Assembly: GCA_008632985.1 (NCBI GenBank)
Contig: QPGO01000070.1
Span: 372,001 to 413,962, forward strand
Reading direction: 5' to 3'
Source of the DNA: Psammoneis japonica
Lineage: Eukaryota
Length of the DNA stretch: 41,962 nucleotides
The notes under the pieces were generated by a model, which was not told the origin of the DNA, ran no database searches, and was given only the letters and a program-made list of their open reading frames with translations. A program made the translations under genes and the position numbers. Shown here in pieces: positions 12,211-24,899 of this stretch; positions within the stretch are counted from its first letter, which is position 1, and every line of letters starts with the position of its first letter.

Positions 12211-14065
12211 AGCCAGAGGTAGGCCTCGAGGTACAGCAGGTGCACACTTGCCGGTACATGTGTCGCCTGTTCCTTGCTGTAATTCACCACCCGCGAAACC
12301 TTTGCCCGCACACACCTTGAACAGAAAGCCTCCAAGTTCCGCACCAACCTCGACCGCCTTTCATCACGTCCACATGACACCCAAACCAAAAGCTCCCTCT
12401 GCTGCACCTGTGCCCTCCCCACAGCCTCCGGCGGCGTTGGCTGTCGATCCGCGTCTGCCTCCGCCGCCCCCTTCCTCATCTCTCAACTCGCCCACTCCTT
12501 TTGACATGCCACACACCACAGACCAGCCATGGGCAACAACTGCTCCCTTGAACTCCCTCCCTTTTGCACTTGCTCTCTCCACACCTGGGCTGCCTCCCAC
12601 CGCCCTCCATGCCTTCATCAAGTCTTCCAACACTGTGGAGCAGCTGCCTCGCACAATCTTGACCCTCCTCCACCCTCTCTCAAAGCCTTTGTGAAAACAC
12701 ATCCATTGCGCAACCTTTCCCACACCTTGCGCCATGCCCACTTCCAACGACAACTTGAAAATCTCCAACAACAAGGACCGCCGCATGTTGCGTTTGCGCT
12801 CCCATCCCCCTCCTCTCTCCACTTGCAAGCCTTGCTCTCCACTCCCTTGCCCGCTCTTTGCCCCAACAATGCCTGGGCCCCAAGCAGTTCCACCTCATGC
12901 TGCAATGCAAACTGCAACTTCCCATCTCACCTCACCAGCTCCAGCCCATCTCCTGCCCCTCTTGCACCGGCACCATCAACCCCTGCGGTGATCACGCTTT
13001 CTGCTGCCGATCCCTTCCTTGGACACAAAACAACCATGTCCAGTGCCATCCGTGACAGTCTGTGTGTGACTCTTCAGACACTTGCCCCTCTCTCTGGCAT
13101 TTGCACTGACTCCTCTGTCATCCACCAATGCCTTGCAATTGATGTCACCATCCCGAAACCTCCTCCATTGCCTGCTCCTGGCTTGCCTGCCCCCAGCACC
13201 CTCAACCCTCATGCCAAGGCACACCATGTGAGCACCAAACAGAAGTTCAACAGAACCCATGAAACCCAACACAAAGCCACCCTTACATCTGCCCTCAACA
13301 AAGCTGGTGCTTGCCTGATTCCCTTCACCATTGACCACATCTGGGAGCCCCCAGCTACTTCACCCACCGCCTGCTTTTTGGCACCAACCAAGAACACCCT
13401 GTCCATGCCCCACCCGCCCTTCCTGGACCACTGAATCTTCCTTTCAACACCCAGCTGCCCATGCTGCACACGCCTGCACCCAATTGTCACCATCTGCCAT
13501 TTTCCCCACTGCTGCTGCCGCTTGGCAAACCCTGTCCACCAAACGCTTTGGCCTGACCCCCACCACACTTCTGCTCCATCACAATGGGGCCTTCAAAGCC
13601 TGAGCCTTGTGATTGCCAAATCACTTGCTGACCATCTGACCCACACTGCTCCGCCAAACTACAATCCCAACTCTCCAACCCCAGCTCAAAATCCATCCCT
13701 TTTCCAGCCTGTGTGACTCAGTTCCACCCTTGCTTTGTGTCTGCCCCTCCCCCCATGCCACTGGGTGACGTTGCACATGAACTCCTCATGTGTGCATGCT
13801 GCCAGGCAGTTTCCCCCCTGACAAATGACCACATGCTTCAAACACTTGGCTGCAACCTTGGCCTGTCATCTTTCTTTGCATGCCCTTTGCTTTGCCTCCT
13901 CCCTCCACACTCCTTCATCTCCTGCTCCCTCCACCAAATGCCCTGTGTCCTGCATTCTGGACCCCTTTTGCTCTTCCTTTGCTGCAGCTGTCTCTGTGCC
14001 TTCTTCTGCTGCTCCCTTCTGCCACTCTCAACAGGCTCTTCAACTCTGCGCTCAGTTAAAAAAAA
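12211..14065 (+). mobile_element. Decayed, internally deleted non-LTR retrotransposon with a restriction-like endonuclease (CRE-like)
   Basis: Motifs in order across frames: QxKLxLPI, the CCHC knuckle CPSCTGTINPCGDHAFCC (about 12954-13008), HKTTMSSAIRD, LAIDVTI, KQKF and LIPFTIDH. A pyrimidine-rich 3' region ends in A8 at 14058-14065. No RT domain is visible; the 5' boundary is approximate. Confidence 0.65.
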
Positions 14066-15791
14066 CACATCAGGTGATGGTGCTGCACACCCAAGAGGAT
14101 TTCACAGACCACTCACACCAAAGAACAATGCATCACAAGGGGATGCTGTGCTGGCTGGCTTGCACTCAGAAAGAGTGGCTCAACAAGGCATCACAAGATG
14201 ACGAAGCAGACCATGTCCCCAGTGCCAAGGAGGAGGCTGAGCCACCAAAGCAGGCCAGCCCTTGTTGGCTCCATCTGTTGTGCACCACTCACTCACACAA
14301 CAAATCCATGGCAACAAAGCAAAAGGGAGATGACTGAGCAAATTTCATGGTGGTGCTGGACAGAGCAAGCATGGAAGCCAAGGCAACGTCAGCTTCTTTG
14401 AGCACAGCAGAGTGTGAAAAGCTGTGAACTGGGGTTGATGAGGGCCGCTTCTTTCAAACACTCTGCTGGCTCAAGCAAGAAAGCATTTCACAAAGCCTGT
14501 TGATGCACTTGTGTGGCAAGACAGAAATGGGGCACAAGAGCTTTGGAAGTTGTGGCATTGAGCCTCCTTTTGTGGCAGACACAAGTGTGCAAGTTCTTGA
14601 AAGCAGATGTGGAGAAGGCAGGAACTTGGCACTCTCAAGGCAAAGAGTCCACAGGTCAGAGCAGCTGCTGTTGGGAAGCTGCAGAGGCTGCTCGCTTCAT
14701 GCACTGCCAGGCTCTGTTTGTCTGTGCAGCTCAAAGAATGGTTGTTGTGCACATCAAAAGTTGCAGAAACATGCTGTGAGATGGGACAGTTTGGAGGTGG
14801 TGGCAGCCAGAGTGGGAAAACAGAAAAAGGGTCATCAGCAATGGAGAACAATCAACAAATGACAACACCACAGCTGACTCTTGCCTTTTTTAGAGGACTT
14901 TGCTGTCACTGGAGCTGTTGGGCCACTGCTCAACAGCTGATGTGGTGTGCTGTGGGGGGGATTGTGTTGACCCTCCATCAAATCTGAGTGCAATGCACAA
15001 TGGAGGCACTGCACAGAGTCTGCTTCTCTTGACAGTCCAAAAATCACATGCTGGCTGCACACCAAGGAGAGCTCTGCTGGCGGTGCACTCAAAGATGAGA
15101 ACACAAGCAGGCACATGTCAAAAGTGGCAAAAGCTGCATTGCAGGAGAGTTTGTTGAAGGTGGTGGCCAAGCAAGAAAGCAAGAAGAGTGCCAAAGCCAG
15201 TGGCAGTTGAAGTGGTGCATGACATGCTGCATCTGAGTCTTGCTGTTTTCAAAAAATAAACTGTGCTCTCCATGGAGCACCAGCTGCTCTGCACCAGTTG
15301 AGATGAGGAGGCTGTGAGATTGTGCTGATGCTGCACTCTGCAAAAGTGGCAGAAAAAAGCAGAGGCAGACAGGCAACGCAGCTCACAAGCAATGTTTGCC
15401 TGGTGCTGACTTTGCCAAAGCAGACTCAAGTTGACTCCTGCTTCTCATTCCATTCACTCTGTGCACAAGTGTTGTGTGGGAAAAATGTGAAAGCAGCAGA
15501 GCACAAAGGACTCATTGATGTGTGGAGCTTGTGATGACCAGTGCTTGCAGGGGGCACAAAGCACACACCATGAACTGTGCAACTCTTTGCCAACTCTCAA
15601 GAGGTGTGACTCAACCTCTTCAGATTCCACTGAATCTGCTCTCATCTGTTGCAGAAGAAATGACATGAGCAACAGAAAACAAAGGCTGTGAGAGCAACCC
15701 TGCTCATGTCAAGTCAGCCAGCAGCAAAAGAAAGAGGAGACATTCAAGGTGACAGGCAGCACATGCCACCTCATGACTTGACCCAGGCCCA

Positions 15792-16226
15792 ATGAGCAGT
15801 GATCACCTCCATTTTGTGGGAAAAAACCGTCAAACAACTCAATTGATGGATGTGTTTCAATGATCACATCTCAACCACAAACCCTGTCATCCAAACAAAC
15901 CCTCAGCACATGACCCCCCTTTTGTGTGTGAGCAATTTGTTGCGCTCATTCTCCTTGTTGGAAAATGCAATCTGAGCAAAACAACGCAGACTTTGTGCAA
16001 ATTCTGCACAAGCAGGATTTGTGCCAAGTCCACACCAAATGACTGAGCACAAGTTTCTGGAGAAAACAAATGGCAGAACCAAATTCCTTGCAAATGAAAA
16101 GGGGGGCAATGCACTGAGAGTTTGTTTGGATGATGGGATTTGCAGCTGAGACATGATCATTTGAACACATGCATCAACTAAATTGTTTGATGTTTTTTCC
16201 ACAAAATGGAGGTGATCACTGCTCAT
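15792..16226. mobile_element. MITE/foldback element of about 435 bp with long terminal inverted repeats
   Basis: Perfect 28-bp inverted ends atgagcagtgatcacctccattttgtgg / ccacaaaatggaggtgatcactgctcat. The imperfect arms extend about 145 bp (to about 15935 and 16080). No coding capacity. Confidence 0.85.
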
Positions 16227-19154
16227 GGCAGAGATGCTGTGCTGCCAGGCCCTGCTGCTGCTTTGTGCCTCAGGGCTCTCAGCCATTGATGTGTTTGGTT
16301 TGGTGTGAAGGCACAAGCACCAGAGATGAAGCCAAGCACAAGCAGCTCCAATGACAAAAAACCTGTTGGGAGACACAACAAAAATGGGGCCATTGATGTG
16401 CAAAGTCTGCGCCAGCCTTCACACCATCATTGAGGTTTGCTTGCTGCCACAATGATGTCACTGGGTGCTCACAAACAAGAAGTGACCAAAGTCAGGTGTG
16501 CACTGAGTGGTTGTGTGAACTTTTGGCAATGAAGCCACTTTTTGCCCCACTGAAATTCTCTGAGGTGCCAGCAACACAAAATGCTGCCACAGCACTTCAT
16601 GCTGCATTGAGCCATCTCATTGTTTTTGTCATTTGGGAGCATGCTTGGTGTGCAAGCATGCATGTGTAAATGACAGCAGATGATTGATGCACCACTGGTC
16701 TTCTTCTTGCATGTGCAATGGGTCCTCTAAGTCCTCTGCACACCACCTGGCTAAAACAAATGATTGCTTTGTTTTTTTTTTAAATGCAAAATCTCAAAGA
16801 CAAAGACAAAGTCAAAAACCAGCTTTCATCATGCCACCTGGGACACTCTTCCACAGGGCACATGACAAAAGCCAATTCTTGAGGATGCTTTTGTCATCAT
16901 GTGGCCTTTTGAGCAACTGCAAAATGGCAACAAGTGGCTCTCCCCATGCAAGCAACAATGTGGTGCACAAATCCTTGCAAGGTGTCAGAGCTCTGGCTTG
17001 GATGTCATTTTGGAATGTGAAAATTTAGCTGCAGGAGAAATCACCTTTTTGGGACAGCCATTTTCTCTTGCAAAGCTGTTTGCTTTCCACCCCCCTCCAG
17101 CAGCCAACATCACATGCATTTGACCTCACTCAGCCTGCCACAAGCTGTCTGTCAGCACATGGGTTGTTGCATCTGTGGTCTGGTGTGAGGACATCCTGAA
17201 AGAAGTGCACATTCTTTTTGAGCCAGGTGGCAGAGCAGCCCTGTGTCTCCTGTGAAAGAGAGGATTGTCCTTGCAATGCCAGGCACCAGCAGCATCCTCA
17301 TCAAATGGAAGAATGACACAAGAAGCAGCTCAACTGGATTGAAGAGCAAAGCAGCACTGCTTGAGAGTGGCTGGGTCCACAGAGTCTGTTGGTGCAGGGA
17401 AAAATTGTTTGCTGCAGGGCAAGACATGCCCCAGTGCACTTTTTGGTTGCTGCAGAGTGCAGCTGTGCAAGCCTTTGCTGCAACAGCATCCACCCTTGCT
17501 GGGCCAACAGCTGTTTGGCAAAACTGCCATTTTGGTTCTTGGTTTGAAAAGCAATTTCTTGTTGTCACACCAAACGTTGCAAATGCAGCTGCTGCTCTTG
17601 CTTTTGAGCCATTGCCTCAAATGGCCAAGACAATGAACAGCCCTGTGGCAAATGATGATTGTTTGCTGGCTGGACTTGCAAACAATTTAATGAAGCTGAG
17701 ATCAGAAATGCAAATGTGGACAAAACAAAACATGTGGCTGAATGGTCATGACACAAAGACAAGGCACAAGGCACCCTGGGCACAGGAGCCCATGGTGCAA
17801 GAGCAGCGGCACATGACCCACATTTGTTGCCACAGATGTGGTGGCATGTGCAGCTGCTGCAGGGAGCTGCCAACCAGAAGATGTCAAAAACCAGCCAAGC
17901 ACCTCCTGTTGTTGCTTCCATCATCTTGTCATTTTGACAAAAAATCAAAACATGAGGTTCCCAAACTGAGCCTCTGTCATGCACGCCAACACTGTCATGC
18001 AGGCCAGCTCTGCAGTGTGGCCACCTCAACAGCACAGCTGACTTGTTCTCATCTTCTGTGCTGCAAGAATGTGGCCTTGTGCTTCAAAAAGAGCAGCGGC
18101 CCATCACCTTGCTTTCAGCTTGCTTGTTGCAGGTTGTGAGTCTTGGGTTCTTCACTGAAATTTGCATTCTCACATTGTGCACTTGCACAAGCATCACATT
18201 TGATGGCTGATGCTCCAACATCAAAACAAAAAGAGTTTGTGCACAGGCTCCTGTGGCTCTGTGTGCCACAAGCTTCTGCCTCAAAAGCTGGGGTGTGTCT
18301 GTGCCAAACATTTCTTCTGTTTTTCTGCACAAAAATTGTTCATTGTCAGCTGGTCAAGTTGCTCATCAATGGGTGGTGTGCATGAATTTTTTGCACAAAA
18401 GTCTGGTCCTTTCATTTTTTGTTTTTGTGTTGTTGCTGCTGTGGCAAGCCAAGTCAGAGTTGGGCAGAACACTGTTTGCAGCTTTCTTTCAAAAAGCAAG
18501 CCCACTTGCTGTGTTGTTTGCAAAAAGACCCCTGCAGCACCCTCTTGCCATTGTTTTTGTAGTGTCAAAGGCTTTGAGTCAGAGTTTGGGCCACCCCATC
18601 AGCTGCCATTGCTCTGCAAACTACCCATCAAAGTGCTGCTGTCATCCCAGCCATTTGCCATTGTGGTGGGCAGGTTTGGCTTGGAAAAACATGCTGCTTT
18701 TCTCATGCTGCTCAGCACTGCAGCTGCTTTGCTCTTCTGTCTCTGACTCTGTCTCAATGCCCACTCTGTCAGCTTCTTGTCCTGCTTGTCAACACCTTGG
18801 TCCAAGGTGGCTCTTCCTGACAACCCTTGAATGTGCCAACATCCAAATCCTTGATTGAGGCTGTGTTGTGGCTGGTTCTGTGGTGCTTGTTGCTTCCATT
18901 GTTTTGGATGAATCTGACTGCCCTCAATGTTCATGCTGCTTTCCAAAGTCTCCCCCAACACTTGGAAAAATGACAGAGCACTGCAGAGATGCCAGTTTGG
19001 CTGTCAGTGCTCAGCCAGCTCCTGAAAACAGCACACAACCACCAGCACATGCACAAAAACTCTCCCAAGCCCCCAGTTGCCAACTTGGGCTCACTTTTCA
19101 ATCATGACCCATCAACTTCTGCTGACCAACAAAGTCAGCATTGGTGAAAAAGAA

Positions 19155-20960
19155 TTGCAAAAAAGACCGCAGGGTTCAAAACTCATGGGCTGTTGCTGAC
19201 AATGGCCTCAGAGCACAATGCAACATGCAAGCTGGCTGCCACCTCAGAGCAAACTGTCTCCCTCCATGGCAACCTGGAGCCAAGGCAGCAATGCAACACT
19301 GGTGGCACAAACTGCAGCCACAGATTGTCCACAACAACAGCTGTTTCAATGGCGCAGTGGCTGGTGGGTTGTGACCTTTGTCAATGCCAGGGAGAGCAAC
19401 AACCTGTCAGACTCAACACACCCAGAATTCTGACTGTGGCCATTTCCCTCAATGGAAGTCCAAGCCTTGCACACTCCAAGGGGACACATGGCACAAAATG
19501 GAGAAACGGTCAAAGCTGATGACCTGGTGGTGAAAGGAGCATTCTTGACTCCAGCACAGTGACATCTCCTTGAGAAGAAGAGAACACAACAGATGGTGGC
19601 AGTGAGACTCAAGCACATTGTGGCAGGAAATGTCAAATGGGCCCCAAGAGATGATGTCAGAAAGCTGCCCAACTCTTGCAACAGGCACCACGCCAAGAAG
19701 CACAATGCGTGCTGCCTCAGCAGCAAAACCGAGCATGGCTCTTGGCAAAATCTCTCTCCACAAAGTGCTGGAATGTGAGGAGATGAGCAATGACAACAAT
19801 GACCGCACATGAGGGTGGCAATGACAGTGACAGAATGACCAAAGAAACCAAGGAAAGCACTAGCTCTGACTCACCCAGCAGCAGTGAAGGTGAGCTTGAC
19901 ATGTGGACAAAGTCATTTCTGCCCACAGAGGACAGAATGACAAGAAAATCATGACAAGTGCCGACACAGGCACAAACAAACAAAGCAACTTGTGAACTTG
20001 ACAAGTCAGAGAGCCATGTGATCACTTGCTTGCATGTGAGACAGGGCTGCACCAGTGTTGCTGAGGGAACAGCATTGACAAAACTGACAGCTGCACTTGC
20101 TGCTGATGCAGGGCAGGCAAAACACATGCCAACAATTTTCAAGTTTGTTCGCTGCACATTGACTGCCAAAAAATGTTTTAAAAATTGAACCTTTGAAAGT
20201 GCAACACCCATGCCCAAAATTCATCATCATTGCTCCAAAGCTGTGTTCATGTGTCAAAAAAGCCAGACAAACAGAGAGATCCTGAGTCACATTTTCTCCA
20301 GACTGCCAAGCAATTTGCCAAGTGACAAAAAACCATCAAGCAGCAATGCAGAAGATGTGGCATTCAAAAATGGGCAAAAAGCACAAGGCCGGCACAGGCA
20401 AAGAGCCACACAAAGATGGAAAGTGCAAATGTCAGGAAAGGGAAAGGCAGGTGCCTCTCCTGCTGAAACAAAAAACACCTCTTGAGAACAAGTGATTTGC
20501 TTTGGCAAACTTCAAACCTTGATGCTGGGGGCACAGCAAGCAAGCTGGCAACAAACATTGCTCCAAGTTTTGGTCAAGAAATGGAACCCAAACTGCAACT
20601 GGGAAAGTGTTGTGAGCAAGAGAATGACAATGTCAGACACAAAGCATTGTGAAAAGACCACAAGGTTTAAAGTTCATGGGCTGTTGCTGACAATGGCCTC
20701 AGAGCACAGCACAACATGCAAGCCAGCTGCCACCTCAGAGTGGGAAAGGTGGCTGTGCATGTTGAGTGTCTTGTGCATGTGAGCCCTGCCTCAGCAAACT
20801 GTCTCTTGTCTCTCCTGTGGCAACCTGGATTCAAGACAGCAAAAAGCAAAACTGGCACACACTGCACCAGCCACAGATTGTCCACCACAACACCAGCTGT
20901 TTCAACAGTGCACAGCGGCTGGTGGGTTGTGACCTTTGTTGCTGATGTCAGGGTGAGCAG
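19155..20960 (+). repeat. Diverged direct duplication (about 19155-19400 and 20645-20960)
   Basis: Both copies contain tcatgggctgttgctgacaatggcctcagagcaca...acatgcaagc...ctgccacctcagag, then cagccacagattgtccac and ggctggtgggttgtgacctttgt. Confidence 0.85.
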
Positions 20961-22499
20961 CCAGTGGCTTGGCAAAGCAGCCCACCAAAATGTTCTTGGC
21001 TGGACAGCACACACCATGAAAAAAAAAACTTGCTCCCTTTGCAACTCAGCTCACCAAGGACAGTGGCCCTGTCCACTTGCTCATGACCACTTTGTCCTCC
21101 TTCTTGTTTGCTTTCTCCAGCACCAGTCTCCAACCTTTTCCTTGCTGTGCCATGTTTGAAGGTGAGGATTGCTGTTACGCTGAGGGCTGCTTGCACATCA
21201 GACAACCCCAAAAACACTGGCAGCAAAGGCCAAGGGGAGTCCACAACAGTGTGGTGTGTGATCCTCCTCCTCAGCATGATTTGGCCAAGAGGATCAAGCC
21301 AAGAAGCAAGAAAGTGGGGACAAACTTTCAGGCATTGTTTGTCAACAGCACACCACCCACACCATGACCACAATCACAAATCACCACAAAAACAGCAGCC
21401 CAGTCCAAAACAAACACCACTCATTGGCCAGTGCTGTCCTGACTCCACAGGTTGACTGGGGTGCCAATTTTCTCCAAAGTTGGGCTTCTTGTGGGAGACA
21501 AAAGCCAAACTTTCTGGGAACATCTGACAAGTGTCACTGGTGCAACATGACAGGGGCAAGAGCATTGAGACAAGGCAGTGCAAAGAGTGTGTTGAGCATG
21601 ATGGCACTGCTCATTTTCCAGAATCCCCCAACTTTCTTGTGTTTCTCATCAGAGGCGGCAATGTGGTGGTTTCCACTTGCCTTTGTAAAATTTTTAATGT
21701 GCACCGTTAAAATTGTTAACAAGCAGAATTGAAAAATTGCCAGCAAAAGCGCTCCACAAAATGAAGCTGTTTCTTGAATTTCATCTGATGTCTCATTGAC
21801 TTTTCTTGCACAAGCTTCAATCAAATGCATGCAATGTCACATTTAATTGGGGTCAAAATCCATTTTTTGTGATGCATGGTTTGGTTTCCTTTTGATCACA
21901 ATCAATTTGAACTTGGTTTTAACTTTGTTCTCCTCACTCACGTGTGCGTGTCTTTGAACGTGTGCAGTCTGCAGCACTTCACGCATGCACGTGACCCACC
22001 TTCATTTTTCTTCATGTTTCCCAGATTTTCGCAGCCCGTTGGTCTACGGCGTTTCAGCACATGTTTCACATGCACAATTTTCTGCACACTTCATAACAGC
22101 ACACCCTCTCCCCAAAGTTTGAAAAACGAGAGCATGCACTGTTGTGATTTACATGGATCCCACGTGTGGTCGCAAATCTGCAAATCGACAACCGGCCATG
22201 GCGGTGAAAGACTTTGCCCCATTGGCCGATGACAGCAGCTCAATGCATGGTGAAACCTGCCATCCTTCTGGTTGGTCAAGATGGGGTTTTATTTGGGTGC
22301 AGCTTGAATTTTGTGATCGCGAGTGTGCTGTCACGAATCTGCCGCATCCAGAATGCTGAGCTCTGGCGTGTTGTTGTGTGTTGTGTGCACGCACGTCACA
22401 AACTTGCTTTTCTGCAGCATTGGTGTAATTGCGCATGTCAGAGTTTTGCATCCAGAATCATCACAAGTTGCCACAAATTACACTGTTCAAACAAGGCAT

Positions 22500-22760
22500 G
22501 TGCAAAAAGAGGTTCATTGGTTTTTGACACATTCGCTGACAACACATCCGTCTTCTCCAATTTCCATGTCCAGATCCAGAAAGACTGCAGGTGGTGCTTG
22601 TTCCTGCAGCTCTCAGAATCACCGCATGAAAAGTTCTTTGCCACATGTGAAACTCTTCAAAAAAGGTGTGCACAAAAAGCTTCATTCATTTTTGATGTGT
22701 TCACTTACGTTGCATCTGTCTTCTCCAATTTCTACATCCAGATCCAGAAAGACCACAGAG
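22500..22760 (+). repeat. Direct repeat, period 168 bp, two copies
   Basis: catccgtcttctccaatttccatgtccagatccagaaagac (about 22545) versus catctgtcttctccaatttctacatccagatccagaaagac (about 22713). Confidence 0.85.
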
Positions 22761-22904
22761 GCAGAGAGTGGGGAGGCAACCCATTGGAGGTTGCCTGAGT
22801 TGTTGGGCTCATTTTAAAAGGCTTCCCAAGTCTCTCCGCTGTTTGTGGTCAAGAGCAGGGGGGGGGTCGACTGCAACAACCGCAGCAGCTGCCAATTCCA
22901 TGTT

Positions 22905-23415
22905 GATGGGTTGGGAGCTGGCAGCAGAAGCTCCCAAATTGGCGGCGGCAGATGCACCTGCAAGTCCACATTGCGGTTTCAATTGGTTGCTGTTGTTGTC
23001 CTGTGCACTCTCACAAAAAGCATTTCACATTTGTTTGCAATGAACAAGGTGGATCAGAGCAATGTTGCTTCGCCTGGTCCAGAATCAGCTTTGCGGGGTT
23101 GGGAACCGGCGGCAGAAGCGACCAAATCTGCCATGGCGGATGCACCAGCAAGTCCACATTGTGGTTTCAATTGGCTGCTGTTGTTGTCCCATGCACTCTC
23201 ACAAAGCATTTTGCACTCCTTTGCAATGAATGAGGTGGATCAGAGCAGTGCCACTTCACCTGGTCCAGAATCAGCTTTGCGGGGTCAGGAACCGGCGGCA
23301 GAAGTGACTGAATTGGCAGCAGCGGATGCACCTGTGAGCCCACATTGTGGCTTCAATTGGTTGCTGTTGTTGTCCCACACACTCTCACAAAGTGTTTTGC
23401 ACTTCTTTGCAATGA
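22905..23415. repeat. Tandem repeat, about 186-bp unit, nearly three copies (probably a 62-aa repeat of a dead ORF)
   Basis: The anchor cacattg lies at 22967, 23155 and 23341. The copies share ttcaattgg..gctgttgttgtcc and ggtggatcagagca...cctggtccagaatcagctttgcgggg. Confidence 0.9.
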
Positions 23416-23809
23416 TTTGCCGTTGTGAACAGAGTGTCACTCCTCGTTCGAAGGCATTGCATTTGGATTGCTTGCCACCATGTCTTGGCGTCAAGATTGT
23501 GCTCTCAACTGCGTGGCAGTGCAAGTGGAGTTCAAAGAGGTCCAAGCTTGTGCTTGTGAAGGCAGTGGTGCATTCCACTTTCGCTGCAGTGAGCTCTGGC
23601 TCCACCATTTTGTGCATCAGATTTGTGCCTTTCTCTTGGAATTCAGTCATTGCCTCTTTGAATTCATTGACAAGCCTTTGTCTCCATCTGCGTCATTCAA
23701 ATTAAGCGCAAACAACAAAATAGAACGTTTGCAATGCAAATGATTTTAAATTGCAGGTTTTGCGGGAATGGAGGGTGGGCACTCTCATGGGGAAAATGGT
23801 TGGCTGCTT

Positions 23810-24008
23810 CGCAGTGAATGGTGTTGCCTCACAGGACAGTTGCGGGCTCCACAGCAACAAAGTTCATCTTTCATGGTTGACAAATTGTCACCATGCACAC
23901 AACTGATGAGGTTTGAAACCACAAAATTTTTAACCACGACAGATTAAAAAATTTGCCACAAGAAAGTCGGTCTGATCACTGCATTGCGCGCTCTGATGCT
24001 GTTTTGTT
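23810..24008 (+). repeat. Dispersed repeat of about 200 bp, copy 1 (probable transposon end)
   Basis: Shares tgtcaccatg..cacaactg..aggtttgaa.ccaca, cagattaaaaaatt, caagaaag and gatcactgca.tg.gcgctctgatg with 30503-30702. Confidence 0.75.
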
Positions 24009-24899
24009 TGGATGGGTGGCATGCATCAGGGGCCACAACATGGCAGTGCTTGCTTTCATTTTTGTGTTTTGTCACTTTGAACTCAATGCATTTTGTTCTT
24101 GTTAATTCTGACATTGCATTCAAAAGTTGTTTTTGTGAGACATTGTTTGTTCTGTGCATTGCATGTGGGTCATCATCACCTTTTGCTCTCAAAATTGTTT
24201 TTGATCAATTTTTTGCACATCACATTCACCTTCAATTGCTCCTTTGTTTTGTGATGACATTGTCTCTTTTGTTTCAATGCATTGGCTTTGAAAGTGCTTT
24301 TTAACAGCACCACCCCACACGTGCACCACCACACTTGCTGGTGTCCTTTCCACACCCAAGTCATCCCCCACACGCACCTGCCTCATTTTTTCTTATTTTC
24401 TTCCAGCTTTTCAGTGCATGGCTCTCCACTGGATTTTCATCACCTGTTCTGCATGTGCAAATTTCTGTGCATTTCACAACAGCACATCCTTTCCCCAAAA
24501 TGCATTTGACCAGAGCATGTGCTGTTGTGGTTCACGCACATTCTGCGTGAGTCAACAACTGACTTCCCACCATGGCAGTCAATGACTTTACCCCATCCCA
24601 CAACAAGGTCGACCCCAACCCTTCCTTCCAATTTCCTGATGAGTGCAATTTTGATGACAGAACATTTTGCCAATGGCTTTGGAGTGGAGTTGTTTGGACC
24701 AAAGCTCAAAAGCACAATTGCAATGCGTGCCTCCAAAAAGCAGTTCTTGGAGACAACGAACTGGTCTCCCTCTCTCCAGAATTCCTTGCACTTCCCTTCC
24801 TCTGCCACAAGCCAAAGTCACATCACATCCCTCATGTTGCCAAAGCCATCCACACCAACAATGTTGTCAGGAAAACTCTCTGACATCCTGACATCTGGT

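Noticed and set aside
22905..23415. CRISPR-like array
   Set aside because: The whole unit is repeated with no unique spacers, there are no cas genes, and the context is eukaryotic.
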